NCBI RefSeq assembly: GCF_001194135.2
Contig: NC_068995.1
Location: 16,283,338 to 16,347,202, forward strand
Source of the DNA: Octopus bimaculoides
Lineage: Eukaryota
Length of the DNA: 63,865 nucleotides
Direction: 5' to 3'
Below, piece by piece: positions 1 through 14,100 of the stretch; the stretch's first letter is position 1, and each line of letters starts with the position of its first letter. The translations under genes and the position numbers were made by a program. Below the pieces are notes generated by a model. It did not search any database and had not been told where the DNA came from. It saw only the letters and a list, made by a program, of their open reading frames with translations.

Positions 1-371
1 AGGATATGTGCATCTCTGATCACGGGCAGAAGTAGTGAGAGAGCATCATAGCCATGTGTTGAGAGGGATTCTTTGGGGTTTGAATAATTCACCTTTGGAA
101 ACATGGGTGTTTTGCTCAACATCCTTAAACAAACCTTATTCAGGGACCTTTTGAGCAGGATGGGCTACTCGGCCTGAAGAAAATTCTAACTGGGCCCCAC
201 CTACGAGGTCATGCGCTGTTTATCTGGATATGAGATCACCACGTCGCGCTAATATGGTTGTGATGCATGTGCCTGGTGTACTCTTATCAGACGGGTAGTC
301 TTGATGGGTAGAATGGGCTTCGTATATTTTACCCCAGTGTCACTTTGATGGCATGCACTGCTCTCTCATTC
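1..371 (+). mobile_element. Interspersed repeat 3' end (retroposon-like) ending in an AAT tail
   Basis: Complex GC-richer sequence running directly into (AAT)n; family recognition from memory only. Confidence 0.4.
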
Positions 372-614
<243 letters not shown>

Positions 615-1761
615 ATGCACAAGAGGAATATATTTGAAAGAGGATGCAAACTAAAAAACACGAATATATTTTCAGACATTTTTGATGGCGAACTTATGTC
701 GTCTTTGTGTTCTTTTGTTCTTTTTTTATCAAAATATTTTCTGTCAAAATAACGCCTGGAACTGAGAACAACATTTAAATTTCGAATCTAGAATGACACG
801 GAGTTAATATCTGTTTTTTCCCCTTTAGGCCTTCCTTAATCATAATCAAGATACATAATATGATTGCTTTGATAGAACATCTCTCGATTAACGTTTAACA
901 TCTAACGATTGGTTTCGGCGTTTCGGGAAATAAGATATATTCTGCTCTGTTTTGATAGCAGAGAAAGAACTAATTGCATACAAGAATCAAAGGAATAGTC
1001 TTGTTTTGCAAATAACTTTGGCGAAAATGGCGACGATTAGAAATTGGAAATTTTGCAAGTGAAGAATCTTGATTTCGATCTGGCTGAGTTCCATTTCGGA
1101 TTGGTGNNNNNNNNNNNNNNNNNNNNNNNNNNNNNNNNNNNNNNNNNNNNNNNNNNNNNNNNNNNNNNNNNNNNNNNNNNNNNNNNNNNNNNNNNNNNNN
1201 NNNNNNNNNNNNNNNNNNNNNNNNNNNNNNNNNNNNNNNNNNNNNNNNNNNNNNNNNNNNNNNNNNNNNNNNNNNNNNNNNNNNNNNNNNNNNNNNNNNN
1301 NNNNNNNNNNNNNNNNNNNNNNNNNNNNNNNNNNNNNNNNNNNNNNNNNNNNNNNNNNNNNNNNNNNNNNNNNNNNNNNNNNNNNNNNNNNNNNNNNNNN
1401 NNNNNNNNNNNNNNNNNNNNNNNNNNNNNNNNNNNNNNNNNNNNNNNNNNNNNNNNNNNNNNNNNNNNNNNNNNNNNNNNNNNNNNNNNNNNNNNNNNNN
1501 NNNNNNNNNNNNNNNNNNNNNNNNNNNNNNNNNNNNNNNNNNNNNNNNNNNNNNNNNNNNNNNNNNNNNNNNNNNNNNNNNNNNNNNNNNNNNNNNNNNN
1601 NNNNNNNNNNNNNNNNNNNNNNNNNNNNNNNNNNNNNNNNNNNNNNNNNNNNNNNNNNNNNNNNNNNNNNNNNNNNNNNNNNNNNNNNNNNNNNNNNNNN
1701 NNNNNNNNNNNNNNNNNNNNNNNNNNNNNNNNNNNNNNNNNNNNNNNNNNNNNNNNNNNNN

Positions 1762-1838
<77 letters not shown>

Positions 1839-2090
1839 ATGTATGTATGATGTATGTATGTATGTATGTATCTGCCCATGTTTGTGTGTCTGTGTTTGTT
1901 TCTCCAGCATCACTTGACAACCGACGTTGGTGTGTTTACGTCCCTATAACTTAGCAGTTCGGCAAAAAGAATGATAGAATAAGTACTAGGCTTACAAAGA
2001 ATAGCTCCTGGAGTTGATTTGCTCGACTACAGGCGGTGTTCCAGCATGGCCACAGTCAAATGATTGAAGCAAATAAAAGAATAAAAGAAT
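1762..2090 (+). mobile_element. tRNA-derived SINE family D, 3' half after its internal microsatellite
   Basis: Matches the 3' half of the complete copy at 56416-56843. Confidence 0.85.
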
Positions 2091-2179
2091 ATATGTGTGC
2101 GTGCGCCTGCGCAGGTGTAAAGAATTTATGAACTTCCATCCAAATGTTTTTGCTATTGCTATACTTATCCTAAGCGATA

Positions 2180-2440
2180 GACACACATACACACACATAC
2201 ATACATACACACATACATGTATGCGTACACAAATACATACATACACTCATGCGTACATACACGCATACATACATACACACATATACACACGTACATAATT
2301 ACATGCATGCATACATTGATGCATGGATACATACATGCATATATACATTCACACATTCACACATACATGCATACATGCATACATACATGCATACATACAT
2401 ATATGCATACATACATACATACATACATGCTTACATACAT
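2180..2440. repeat. Degenerate (ATAC)n/(AC)n microsatellite
   Basis: Directly visible. Confidence 0.9.
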
Positions 2441-2787
2441 CACGTACCATGCCTAGAGGTAAAGTTTGAAGATTCATATTTTTCTATTGTAAGAATTCAG
2501 TAGTGATTTTCTGATATTTTCTGCCGGTTTCTTTTCTATAGCAGCTAATTCTGCCGATCGTTTACTCTATAATGCTTGTCCTTGACAGAAACAAGCTTAA
2601 CCATTTTAGCCTAGAGGCAACGAGACTTATTCACGTGGCATCAGAAATGTGTCCACACGCTGGTGAACCAAAAAGACAAGTCTACTGGCTAGCCGTCTAC
2701 TGAGTTACACATTCCTGATAGAACCACACACGCCCTCACACACACATACACACACACATTGTGTGTGTGTGTGTGTGTGTGTGTGTA

Positions 2788-3520
2788 CTGGGTCATCCCA
2801 TAAGTAACGCGGCTTTTCTATACTTCTTTTATTTTTCAAAATTAAGATAAATTTCTCTTTTAATCTAAAATATACTCCCCTTCATTTTCTACAATGCCCT
2901 TCCATCTATCCGGTAGACTTCCAAGGCCCTTCTTCCAAAATTCACCTGTCCGTGATGAAAAATACTCGTCCAGTACTGTTCTGACCTCGTCTATAGAATT
3001 CGTATTTTTTCCGTCCAAATGATTTTGAAGACAGCGGATTGAATGACAATCAGATAGGGCAAGATCCGGCGAATGGTGGATGAGGCATCGCTTCCTGTTC
3101 AAACTGCTCCAACCTTTGGAATATCATCCTCGCTGTATGTGGCTGAACATTATCCTGATGGAAGAACACCTTTTGTCTTGAAACCAAAGATGGTCGTTTT
3201 TCTTCTAGTGCAGACTTGACTGACTGGTTGAATGACAAAATCCAAGTTTCTCTGCTCGTTCCTCAACAGTTTTCAGGACGTCCTCGTCGAGCTCTACAGA
3301 TCTTCCGAGACGAGGTTCGTCTTCTAGGCTGTATTTTCCGGCTAGGAATTTCTGGAGCAACCATTGACACAGGCTTACGCCTGTTGTTCGATAGCTATAT
3401 ACTGCATTAATATTCCTCACATTTTCCGTTGCGCTGTTGACTTTATTGAACTCATAAAGCAAAATATGCCGAATATACATACTCCTTTGTCACAGTTTGT
3501 ATATATAAAGTTCTTATGGG
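2788..3520 (-). mobile_element. Internally deleted mariner transposase relic
   Basis: Minus-strand frames give the HTH N-terminus (IRHILLYEF...SLEDEPRLGR), FHQDNVQPH, MPHPP/HSPDLALSD (YSPDLAPSD motif) and LPDRWKGIVENEGEYILD. A TA precedes the ctgggtcatcccataag terminus. The WVPHEL and first-Asp region is absent. Confidence 0.9.
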
Positions 3521-3914
3521 CATATTTTTGTAATGTTGACTTATAAGATGAAAAATCTTTTAAAAACATTAAGGAGTAGTTTCTATGTGAATTGGTTACT
3601 TTACCCTTTAGAATTAGTCAAACCACCTTCAATTCACACCGTAGCGAATTTAAAGTGGGAAAAAAATTATGAATTACACTATGTCGTTCGGGATAGACTA
3701 TATCTGAAAAAAAATATGCTGGATGAAGATGACTGGTAAAACGACTTTGAACATACCTCTGCCACATCAGCAACAACAATGCTAACAGTAACAAGACCTC
3801 AGGAAAGCCTGAAGGTATTTCCTTCCTCCCACAAAAATAGCAGTTTAATTTTTCTCCAATCATTTTGTATCGTTTTAAATAGAAAAAGACATATGAAACG
3901 ATGTTTTTCCATGA

Positions 3915-4050
3915 TAGGCGCAAGCATGAATTGCGTCGTAAGAAGTTTGCTTCCGGGTTCAATCCCTCTGCATGACATCTTGAACAAGCGCCTTCTATTA
4001 TGGCCTCGGGCCGATCAAAGCCTCGTGAGTGGATTAGGTAGACAGGAACA
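3915..4050 (+). mobile_element. SINE family D head fragment
   Basis: ccgggttcaatccc B-box-like motif and gcctcgggccgatcaaagcctcgtgagtggat match family D. Confidence 0.75.
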
Positions 4051-4095
4051 GATTAATGTATAATTGCTTTATGATAACTGAACATAAAATCAGCG

Positions 4096-4142
<47 letters not shown>

Positions 4143-4989
4143 TATATTTATATATATGTACAGGAATACATTACTGTGAGCGCATATATGCAATTTTATT
4201 TGTGTTTCAAAATATATAATCTTATTTTGTGCAGCACTTCATGTCGAAATTGAAGCTTCGTTTGAAATAATTTTATTTTGGCTGTCAAACTTGTTCTTGT
4301 CCAATTAGTACTGAAGAAAATTACTCATTCTAGCGAGCAGAGAGCAAATTCTTCTATTCTGTGTTAATTAGTGATATAAACCATTTTCATCAAATTTATT
4401 CAGCCTTTCGTATTTGGTTGAATCTATACTTTCTATGCGTTCATTAAATATTAGAAACCTATTAACAGTGCAACTCTTACAAGCAAATAAATATAATTAA
4501 TTAATTAATAAGAAAAATATTGAATCTATCTGTCCAAACATTCGGCGGAAATATTAGCAAAAGATAATAATTTGCTCTGTAAATATCTTGTGAGATTGAA
4601 GTGCGAATATATTTACTTTGGTTCTACAAACGAAATTGTATATTTCAATATCTTTATAGTGGAGACACTGACAAAACAAGACGAGGTGATATTTATTCAC
4701 AAACGAATATAAAGCAATGTTAGGGGAAATTTTATTCTCTAATTATTTCCAAACAGTAGCGTAATGAACTCTTAAGAGTTTAAATTGATCATCTTGTGGC
4801 AATGATTCTAATAACATTGGACGAGTGGTGAATGTAAAAACAATCGATAGAGGCAACTGGGTGGCAACGGTACGAGCAAAATTAATTAAAACAAGATTAT
4901 TCTTCAAATTCAAAAGTGTACAATACGAACGCAATCGGATGCATACAAACGCAGATATGTGTGTGTATGTGTGTGTGTATATATATATG

Positions 4990-5027
<38 letters not shown>

Positions 5028-5895
5028 TATATANNNNNNNNNNNNNNNNNNNNNNNNNNNNNNNNNNNNNNNNNNNNNNNNNNNNNNNNNNNNNNNNNNN
5101 NNNNNNNNNNNNNNNNNNNNNNNNNNNNNNNNNNNNNNNNNNNNNNNNNNNNNNNNNNNNNNNNNNNNNNNNNNNNNNNNNNNNNNNNNNNNNNNNNNNN
5201 NNNNNNNNNNNNNNNNNNNNNNNNNNNNNNNNNNNNNNNNNNNNNNNNNNNNNNNNNNNNNNNNNNNNNNNNNNNNNNNNNNNNNNNNNNNNNNNNNNNN
5301 NNNNNNNNNNNNNNNNNNNNNNNNNNNNNNNNNNNNNNNNNNNNNNNNNNNNNNNNNNNNNNNNNNNNNNNNNNNNNNNNNNNNNNNNNNNNNNNNNNNN
5401 NNNNNNNNNNNNNNNNNNNNNNNNNNNNNNNAATTACAGGTAAAAACTCAATTAAAATCAATTTATAAAAAATTTTTAATTAAATTGAGCTTTATAGATT
5501 AAAATATATATAAAAATATATAGTTTTAGGGAAACTGTTATCTTTATTAACTTTATCTTATTATATTTTCTTTGTTTTATATTATACTCATTTATTGTGC
5601 TTTTAATTATTAATTTTTCTATATGTAATAGTGGATTTTCATCGATGAGTTCTTGAAACTTGGTTCTTTTCCCTAAAACTATATATATATATATATATAT
5701 GAATGTAGAAGATATTCGCTGGCCACTTGCTGCTTCAAAATCAAATAGTAAAGTGTGTGCACTAACATAAAATTACAAGCGTAGTGAAGAGGATCAAATC
5801 CTAGTCATAATAGCAAGGCAACAATCCTGCAATTTAAATCTACTTCGAATAGAATGCAGTGCAGGGTACACCTGATTGTTAGCAGTACGTAATAA

Positions 5896-5936
5896 TTTTA
5901 GACATGTTTCGCTGTTATTGGACCTCGTCAGCTCTA
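5896..5936 (-). ncRNA. Minimal type I hammerhead-ribozyme-like core (Penelope-type)
   Basis: Minus strand reads tagag-CTGACGA-ggtccaataacagc-GAAAC-AT-GTC-taaaa. The core is intact and stem III is palindromic (ACATGT); stems I and II are imperfect. Confidence 0.5.
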
Positions 5937-6184
5937 CGCAGTCTAACAGTTACGGCCAGATATCAAACGAGTTGAGAATATAGGTTTGTCTATCGTAAAA
6001 GAAACGGAAAACTAAAATAACAATACATTCAACTGGCTCAGCATGTTTGTGATAATAGTGCCGTGTACGGGTGATGCTGATACTGAGCTTGATATAACAA
6101 CAATACACTATGTTTGATAGTCACTAACTGCATGAGTCCAAGTGAATGTACACTTAGTGCAGTTTGAGACTTGTAGCATACTGA

Positions 6185-7000
6185 ATAATGAAAAGTTTGG
6201 AAGAGCGACTTGTTTGCGTGAAATTCTATTTTAGATTGGCAAAAATTTTTCAGAGATTTCCCTGATGTTATAACAAGGATATGCTCATGAGTTTTTTTAA
6301 GCCCTACGTAAAAAGTCACATGTAGTACCAGTGTCTCAACTCGCGAAGAATATCGACCGAAGATGATCTAAAATATGAATGAAAATCCACAACTAGAAAG
6401 GATAATTTTCTCAAAATACGTGCTGTGATCGTGCGGTCTGTGATCCTTGACAACCGGTGCTCAACCGCATCGGAAGTATCTGAAGATTTGGGGTATTGTA
6501 AATGTTCGTTGAAAATGCATCGTATCAACGCAAAATTTATATTGTGTATGCTAACACATAAAGCAAAGGAGAACAAAGAAACAGTCAGACAAATGCTGTC
6601 TCATCAATCGCATAGTGATAAACATTCTCTGCAGTGTTATAACAGGGGGTGGGGGAAATATCAAAATATGAATATAAGCTATAATGTTGAAACAAAAAGG
6701 ATAGCCACATTGGATTGGATAAAATTTGCTCGAACCAATAAACGATTAAATAAATAAATAAATAAATAATATAAAGCACATAAGATTCGCTTAAATATAA
6801 TGTTTATCTCGATCAACTTTTTTGAATGGAAGGGCATCGTTCCAGACGACAGGAAGAAATCAAAGAAAATTCTATATGAGAATCATATATTTTCCTTGAA
6901 ATTATGTTCCAGGATCTATTGCCAAACTGGGAAAAAAACAAAAATGGATTAGAGCGGTATATCAATAGCGAGGCGATGAGAAGAATATTCTGAAAGATAA
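6185..7000 (+). mobile_element. Heavily degenerate mariner transposase relic
   Basis: MKSLEERLVCVKFYFRLAK (cf. EQRxxIKFCFKLGK), MHRINAKFILCMLT (cf. MRRVSAKFVPRLLT), YNVETKR (cf. YDVETK); many stops and frameshifts. Confidence 0.7.
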
Positions 7001-7109
7001 GTCTTTTTTAATTATAAATAATGGCCGATTTCTCTTTGGACCGAAATCGCAGACGATTTTAGTGAATGAATATACGAAATAGCGCAATAACTTAAGATAG
7101 TGAATTTAG

Positions 7110-7560
7110 TTGTTGCTGTTGTTGTTGTTGTTTAAATTTAAGTCAGTTCTGATTCAACAGATTTATGACCATAGATGTTCCTACCATGTCTTTACCACAT
7201 TTTCGTACATCATAGACTGCATTGTCTAATGTATCCTTTTTAATTTAAGTTGTTTTGAACTGATGAATTTTGGATACTAGCTCTGGCCACGTTGAGGTTC
7301 ACTCGCGTCGAATCCAATTTACGGTGGATTGTTATTTTAGTTGTTTTTATTGTTGCTATTAATGTTGTTTGTCCCCATGGTACCCCTGATTGAACAGCCC
7401 TATTAGCAATAACATTCTGATATCACCGTCTTGATTTTTCAGTGGACTAGATTACCTACTGTGACCTATCCTTCTCTTAAATCTAGTACTACAGATTAAA
7501 GGGAATTTTTATTGCTATTTCTAGCTGTCGTAGGACCACACAGAAGCTACCACTTCGCAT
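7110..7560. mobile_element. Two tandem degenerate copies of interspersed repeat family G
   Basis: (GTT)n start and gatttgagggagatttggctgctatttctagc-like tail, shared with copies near 13300, 43510, 47900 and 52150. Confidence 0.6.
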
Positions 7561-8718
7561 TTTCATAATCAGATTTATGAGGCTTTTACGTAACGTATTT
7601 ATCTTTCTTCTGTTGCAATGGTTCGTTTTATTTATGTTACACATTTTATGTGCGGTGTGTTTGTTTATAAAAGATATTCTGTCTGTCGTATTATTGATTG
7701 TGTTGAATTTATTTCTATTATATTATTACTTTCTAGCTTGGTCTAATAATTTGTTTATACATCTACTATTGATCAGTGTCTGTTTTGTTACATAAAGTTA
7801 TTTTTGTAGTACTTTTGCAGGAAAAAATTTAAATACTGTTCTGATTGGTTGGTTTTAGTTCTGACACTTTACACATCTATCACGATTAACAATCTCCATG
7901 CAGGCTATTGATTGAAGTTTGTTAGTATCTTTCATATAAACGAACATATTTGTTGCTTTTTTCCTTTTTTATCTCCATATTTATATCTAAAAACGAACTT
8001 CTTGTGTCGTTAGGAATTTTGATTAACCTATTCTGGATATTGAAGTTGAAGAGTTAGTTTTCAGAAAATACGTTTATTCACTAATACATACACACAAACA
8101 CACAGACATACATATACACAACATCATCTAGGTATTTGTGCATATGTGTGTGTGTGTGAGCAGTATTTGGTGTTAGTGTATGCGCAGATTTGTATGTTTG
8201 TTTTATGGATGCGTTTTTATGTATATATTTTCATGTCTAGATGCATGCATATGTATTTATGTGCTAAATTTTGGGAAAGTTTTACATATCTTTACAGTTC
8301 CATTGATGGCTTGAATCTGTAGTCTTCTATGTATGTATGTATGTATGTATGTATGTATGTATGACTGTATGTTTGTTTGTATGTATGTGTGCATGTATGT
8401 ATAATGTGTGTATGCGTATATGCGAATATGCAGGCAATTAAGTATGCGCATGTCTTTATGTCAGTGTATTTATTGATAACATGGATGAGAGATGGATCGG
8501 AAGCAAATTGTATAAATGATTATTTTACAAGTTAAATTTGATATAATTTCTTAAGGTTACTATCAGTGTACATGTGTATATGTATGGTTGTGCCTGCATG
8601 TCTATATGTATATGTGTGCATGTGCGTGTGTGTTTGAGTGCGTATGTATATGCGTGACTACTTAGGGAATCGGAAATTGGAAATTAGAAGAGATGGAAAT
8701 TGTGTAGAATAATCAGGA

Positions 8719-8753
<35 letters not shown>

Positions 8754-9461
8754 NNNNNNNNNNNNNNNNNNNNNNNNNNNNNNNNNNNNNNNNNNNNNNN
8801 NNNNNNNNNNNNNNNNNNNNNNNNNNNNNNNNNNNNNNNNNNNNNNNNNNNNNNNNNNNNNNNNNNNNNNNNNNNNNNNNNNNNNNNNNNNNNNNNNNNN
8901 NNNNNNNNNNNNNNNNNNNNNNNNNNNNNNNNNNNNNNNNNNNNNNNNNNNNNNNNNNNNNNNNNNNNNNNNNNNNNNNNNNNNNNNNNNNNNNNNNNNN
9001 NNNNNNNNNNNNNNNNNNNNNNNNNNNNNNNNNNNNNNNNNNNNNNNNNNNNNNNNNNNNNNNNNNNNNNNNNNNNNNNNNNNNNNNNNNNNNNNNNNNN
9101 NNNNNNNNNNNNNNNNNNNNNNNNNNNNNNNNNNNNNNNNNNNNNNNNNNNNNNNNNNNNNNNNNNNNNNNNNNNNNNNNNNNNNNNNNNNNNNNNNNNN
9201 NNNNNNNNNNNNNNNNNNNNNNNNNNNNNNNNNNNNNNNNNNNNNNNNNNNNNNNNNNNNNNNNNNNNNNNNNNNNNNNNNNNNNNNNNNNNNNNNNNNN
9301 NNNNNNNNNNNNNNNNNNNNNNNNNNNNNNNNNNNNNNNNNNNNNNNNNNNNNNNNNNNNNNNNNNNNNNNNNNNNNNNNNNNNNNNNNNNNNNNNNNNN
9401 NNNNNNNNNNNNNNNNNNNNNNNNNNNNNNNNNNNNNNNNNNNNNNNNNNNNNNNNNNNNN

Positions 9462-9740
9462 GAGCACTCCACAGACACGTGTAACCTTAACGTAGTTCTC
9501 GGGGATATTCAGCGTGACACAGTGTGACAAGACTGACCCTTTGAATTACAGGCACAACAGAAACAGGAAGTAAGAGTGAGAGAAAGTTGTGGTGAAAGAG
9601 TAGAGCAGGGTTCGCCACCATCCCCTGCCGGATCCTCGTGGAGCTTTAGGTGTTTTCGCTCAATAAACACTCACAACGCCTGGTCTGGGAATCGAAACCG
9701 CGAGTCCGCTGCCCTAACCACTGGGCCACTGCGCCTCCAC
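9462..9740 (-). mobile_element. tRNA-derived SINE family B (young subfamily)
   Basis: Nearly identical to 42219-42505 and to the reverse complement of 23532-23830; has a 14-bp deletion in the head. Confidence 0.9.
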
Positions 9741-9892
9741 TCACAAATATACATAAACACACGCAAAACGAAATAACTCAGACACTCAAAATGCTCCATA
9801 CTAAATATGAACCTTGGTAAATCAAAGTTAATCCCAGTAAACTAAAAATATACAAACCACTACTCCCAGTTAGCAAAACCCCCTGACCTGTG

Positions 9893-10095
9893 GAGGCGCG
9901 TGGCTTAGTGGTTAGAGTGTTGGACTCATGATCGTACGACCGTGAATTCGATTCCTTGACTGGGTAACATGTTGTGTTCTTCAGCAAAACCCTTCATTTC
10001 TCGTTGCTCCAGTTCACTCAGCTGGCAAAAAAAAAATAATCCGGCGTCACGTCCAGGTGGGGAATTTATACGCCATGAAAACCGGGTAAGCGGCC
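9893..10095 (+). mobile_element. tRNA-derived SINE (ggaggcgcgtggcttagtgg head)
   Basis: A-box tggcttagtgg, B-box-like gaattcgattcc, followed by non-tRNA body; related heads at ~37997, ~39040 and ~41600. Confidence 0.8.
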
Positions 10096-10588
10096 CTTAT
10101 GAGTTTTGCAGGTAACTTTACTCTCCCTTAAACTTCCTGACCCACCCTTCACCCTTGATCCCTGTGTAAGTTATCCAGTCTACCCCACCGCCGCCAGTGT
10201 TTTGACAGCTGGCGGGTTGCGCGCCGATCCGAAACCACTAGTCACTGTGAGATATTGATCTCTCAATAAAATTGTTGCTTTACGAGTAACCTGTATTGCG
10301 TACTTTCTGTCGTACAGGTATTAATATATGTACAGCTTAATGACACATTCACACGCGTGTGCACACACATTCAGGCTCACACTAAAACACTCATACACAC
10401 ACAAACACACACACACACACACACATATATAGGCATATATATGTATATTTATGAATAGCTATATATACATATATGTGTGTATATGTGTGTGTATATATAC
10501 ATATATGTATGTATATATACGTATATGTGTGCATATGCGTGTGTGAGTGCGTGCGTGTGCGTGTATGTATGTGTATACATATATATGA

Positions 10589-10622
<34 letters not shown>

Positions 10623-11374
10623 ATACAGACATATATGCGTACTCAGACAATTATATATGTGTTCGTGTGTGTCTGTGCATGTGGCTATGCGTTATTGATT
10701 TATGTATATCTGCATACACGTATAAATATGTATATATACATATGTGTGTGTGTGTGTGTGTGTGCGTGTGTGTATACATATAAAGATGCAGATATTTTAT
10801 TACATACATCAGAGTAAATATTAATCTGTAACTATGTATAAATAACTTTGTTTGAGCGTATCAATGCAGTGCTCTCAGAAGGTAGAGAAAATGGCGTGAT
10901 AAAAGGAAATGGTTTGAATAAATTAAGAACTTTGTCATATTTTAATTCTGGTATTTTTAGAAGAACCACTTGGAAATTTTAGTTTGATATTTGACACGAA
11001 TTATATACTATCAGAATTTTCAAATTTGATATGAGATATGTCGAAATTATTCCGTTTTATATATACAGGGCTTTCAAACTTCAAAATCTTTCTGACCTTT
11101 AATTTTGTCAGACGACATAATTTTCTCGATAGTAGAATTATGAGAATATTTATTGTTCTGGATCTGAAATAAATTTTAATTTTTATGATCCAATTTCCAT
11201 TTATCAAATCTGCGAATGGACATTTCAGAATTGAATGAAAACAGAAAGAACGAAACGTAAATACGTTTGAAACTATAGACATGCCGACCTATCAGATATT
11301 TATGCAGGGTTGTCAAACTTCAAAGTCTTTTTCAAATTTGACTAATGACAATTTTAATTATTCTTTTATCATTT

Positions 11375-12305
11375 ATCTTCCGCTGGTTTCAGTCGCTGGA
11401 CTGAAACCCTGACAGGTCACCGCCTTGAAGGATTTAGTCCAACAAATCGACCCCGATACTTATTTTGTACGTCTGGTGCTTCATTTGTTGGCTTCTTTTG
11501 CTGAACCGATTCGTGACGAGGACGTAAACAAACTCACTCCGTTTGTCAAATGGAAGTAGAGGACAAAACACAAATTTAAAGACACTCGCACTACAAGCAC
11601 GCATGCACATATAAGTACATGCATACATACACACACACACACACGCAAGCGCACATGTATATATATATGTGTGTGTTTGTGTGCGTGTGTGTGTGTGTGT
11701 GTTTGTGTGTGTGTGNNNNNNNNNNNNNNNNNNNNNNNNNNNNNNNNNNNNNNNNNNNNNNNNNNNNNNNNNNNNNNNNNNNNNNNNNNNNNNNNNNNNN
11801 NNNNNNNNNNNNNNNNNNNNNNNNNNNNNNNNNNNNNNNNNNNNNNNNNNNNNNNNNNNNNNNNNNNNNNNNNNNNNNNNNNNNNNNNNNNNNNNNNNNN
11901 NNNNNNNNNNNNNNNNNNNNNNNNNNNNNNNNNNNNNNNNNNNNNNNNNNNNNNNNNNNNNNNNNNNNNNNNNNNNNNNNNNNNNNNNNNNNNNNNNNNN
12001 NNNNNNNNNNNNNNNNNNNNNNNNNNNNNNNNNNNNNNNNNNNNNNNNNNNNNNNNNNNNNNNNNNNNNNNNNNNNNNNNNNNNNNNNNNNNNNNNNNNN
12101 NNNNNNNNNNNNNNNNNNNNNNNNNNNNNNNNNNNNNNATATATATATATATATATATACGACAGGCTTCTACACAGTTTCTGTCTACCAAATTCCTTCA
12201 CAAGGTATTGGTCAGCCCGGGACTATAGTAAAGGACACTTACCCAAGGTGCTACGCAGTTTTAGAGATGAACCCGAAACCATCTTCTTAACCACACAACC
12301 ACCTG
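11375..12305 (-). mobile_element. SINE family D spanning an N-gap at its internal microsatellite
   Basis: Tail at 11375-11570 and head half at 12139-12305 match 56416-56843. Confidence 0.8.
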
Positions 12306-13443
12306 CACTAAACTATTACAAGTTTTAATTTTTATGACCCGTTTTTCAGTTTTCAAAATTTGTGGCTTATCACAAATGGTAATTCAGATAACTTGTGACA
12401 TTTCTGAATTGAATGCAGACATAAAGTGTCAAACGCAGACAGCTGTAAAATCATCCTACCGCTGGTCCATCTCACATGTATACAAAATTTTCAACATCTT
12501 CCTAAATTTTTGATTAATGAAAATTTTGATTATTTTACACCTGTTGCGGGTTTTAATTTTTATGACTCAATTTTCAATTTTCCCAACATTTTAGAATTCT
12601 CTGTTCGAATTCTCAATTCTGATTGCTGTGGACATTTCAGAATCGAATACACATTCAAAGTGTGGTTTTTCTTTTCCTTAATAGCCATTTAAAATGTTTA
12701 TTTATCCAATCTATTTTTAATGTTCCATATTTATATGTATAGACTGGGGAGGACGCTGTGATTTATTGAAGTAATGTTTTGTTTTGTGTTTTATGCAGAG
12801 TGAATAATAATTTGTCTATATTTTTCTCTATCCTGCAGCGTACTGACACATAATTCTGATAAATTCTAATAAATTCAATTGAACACTTTCTCAGTCAACA
12901 AAATTTATATTTATTCTCATTTAGCCTTCAGAAAGAAACACCAAAATATAACTATGTCCACTGAAACAGAAATTCACAATATATTCTTTGACATTATCTC
13001 AAAACGATTTTATGGTGTTATTAACATGAATTTTGAGGATATTACTGATGCTATTGAAACTACTGCTGAATGTGTTATTGATAATGATAATAGTGCTGGT
13101 GATTCTGTTGAAGTTTTTCAAGATTTGGGGAGAATTCTATTTAATATCACGTGTTGTTCACAAATGTTTTCTTATTTACTTTTGTTTTAAATCATGTGAT
13201 GTAATGACCATAGTAGTTGCCATTTATCTCAAGGTTAGCCCTAATTCAGCAAAAGTATAACCAAAGACGTTACAGACACGACCATCTGCTTTTTTTTTTC
13301 TATAGGAAAGGATCCAAGAACCATATTATCAAGTGTGTCCTTTCGTAAGACAGCAGGTTGTGATTTGAGAGAGATTTGGGAGCTATTTCTACTCCTTTTG
13401 ACAATCGTGTCACCCATGTTGGTTCTGGTATGTAATGTAGTGT

Positions 13444-14100
13444 ATTGCATTCCAATTACCGAGCTTTCTTAGAAAGTAATTTCGTCGAACGGTATCGATG
13501 GTTCGCTGCATGTTATCAGAGAAGATATTTATGTCTTCTTTCGCTATACTAATCGGTGAGTGTATTAGTTGGTTTAGGTCACGACTTGTGAGATTTCTTA
13601 CTGCTGGGAAATGTGTAGATGAGTACCCTCTGAGAGATTAATGTGATGGACTCTAGGGACACTTGGGCAAGGGGATGGCCAGGACACCAACGCCACCATT
13701 ACCAGTGTCATCTTCCGTAGAGTGAATCAGCTACCAGCCCTTGCTTGTATCCAGATATCAGACTTTCTCTTCACATCTTCTGTATTCTTGAATGCCAGCG
13801 ACTGCGATGCCAAGTCTGTTTGTTTCTGCGGTTAGTTCGCCTTGTCTCCAGAGTAAGTTCAGCGTAAGAGCGTTGAAGGAGGCCAGAAGGGCGAGTAGTC
13901 TAGGGTTGATCAGAGGACGAATCGGTTTAGACTAAATTCAAGGGTTGTCATTGTTGCAAGCCCGTTAGAGTTACCCATGTCTGGCGGACATCAGTCGACT
14001 CAGAAGTAGTCAGTATGTATTTCATTGGAGTTTTCGTGGCTACGGTCTTGGATCAGCGGTAGGGTGATTTTATGAGATAATTTTACGAGACACCACTCGT
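13444..14100 (-). mobile_element. RTE-type LINE 5' UTR plus N-terminal AP endonuclease, inverted
   Basis: Minus-strand translation LLASFNALTL...RLGIAVAGIQEYRR (GIQE at 13785-13796)...GNGGVGVL...PTNT...LGNWNA (13446-13460). Confidence 0.85.
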
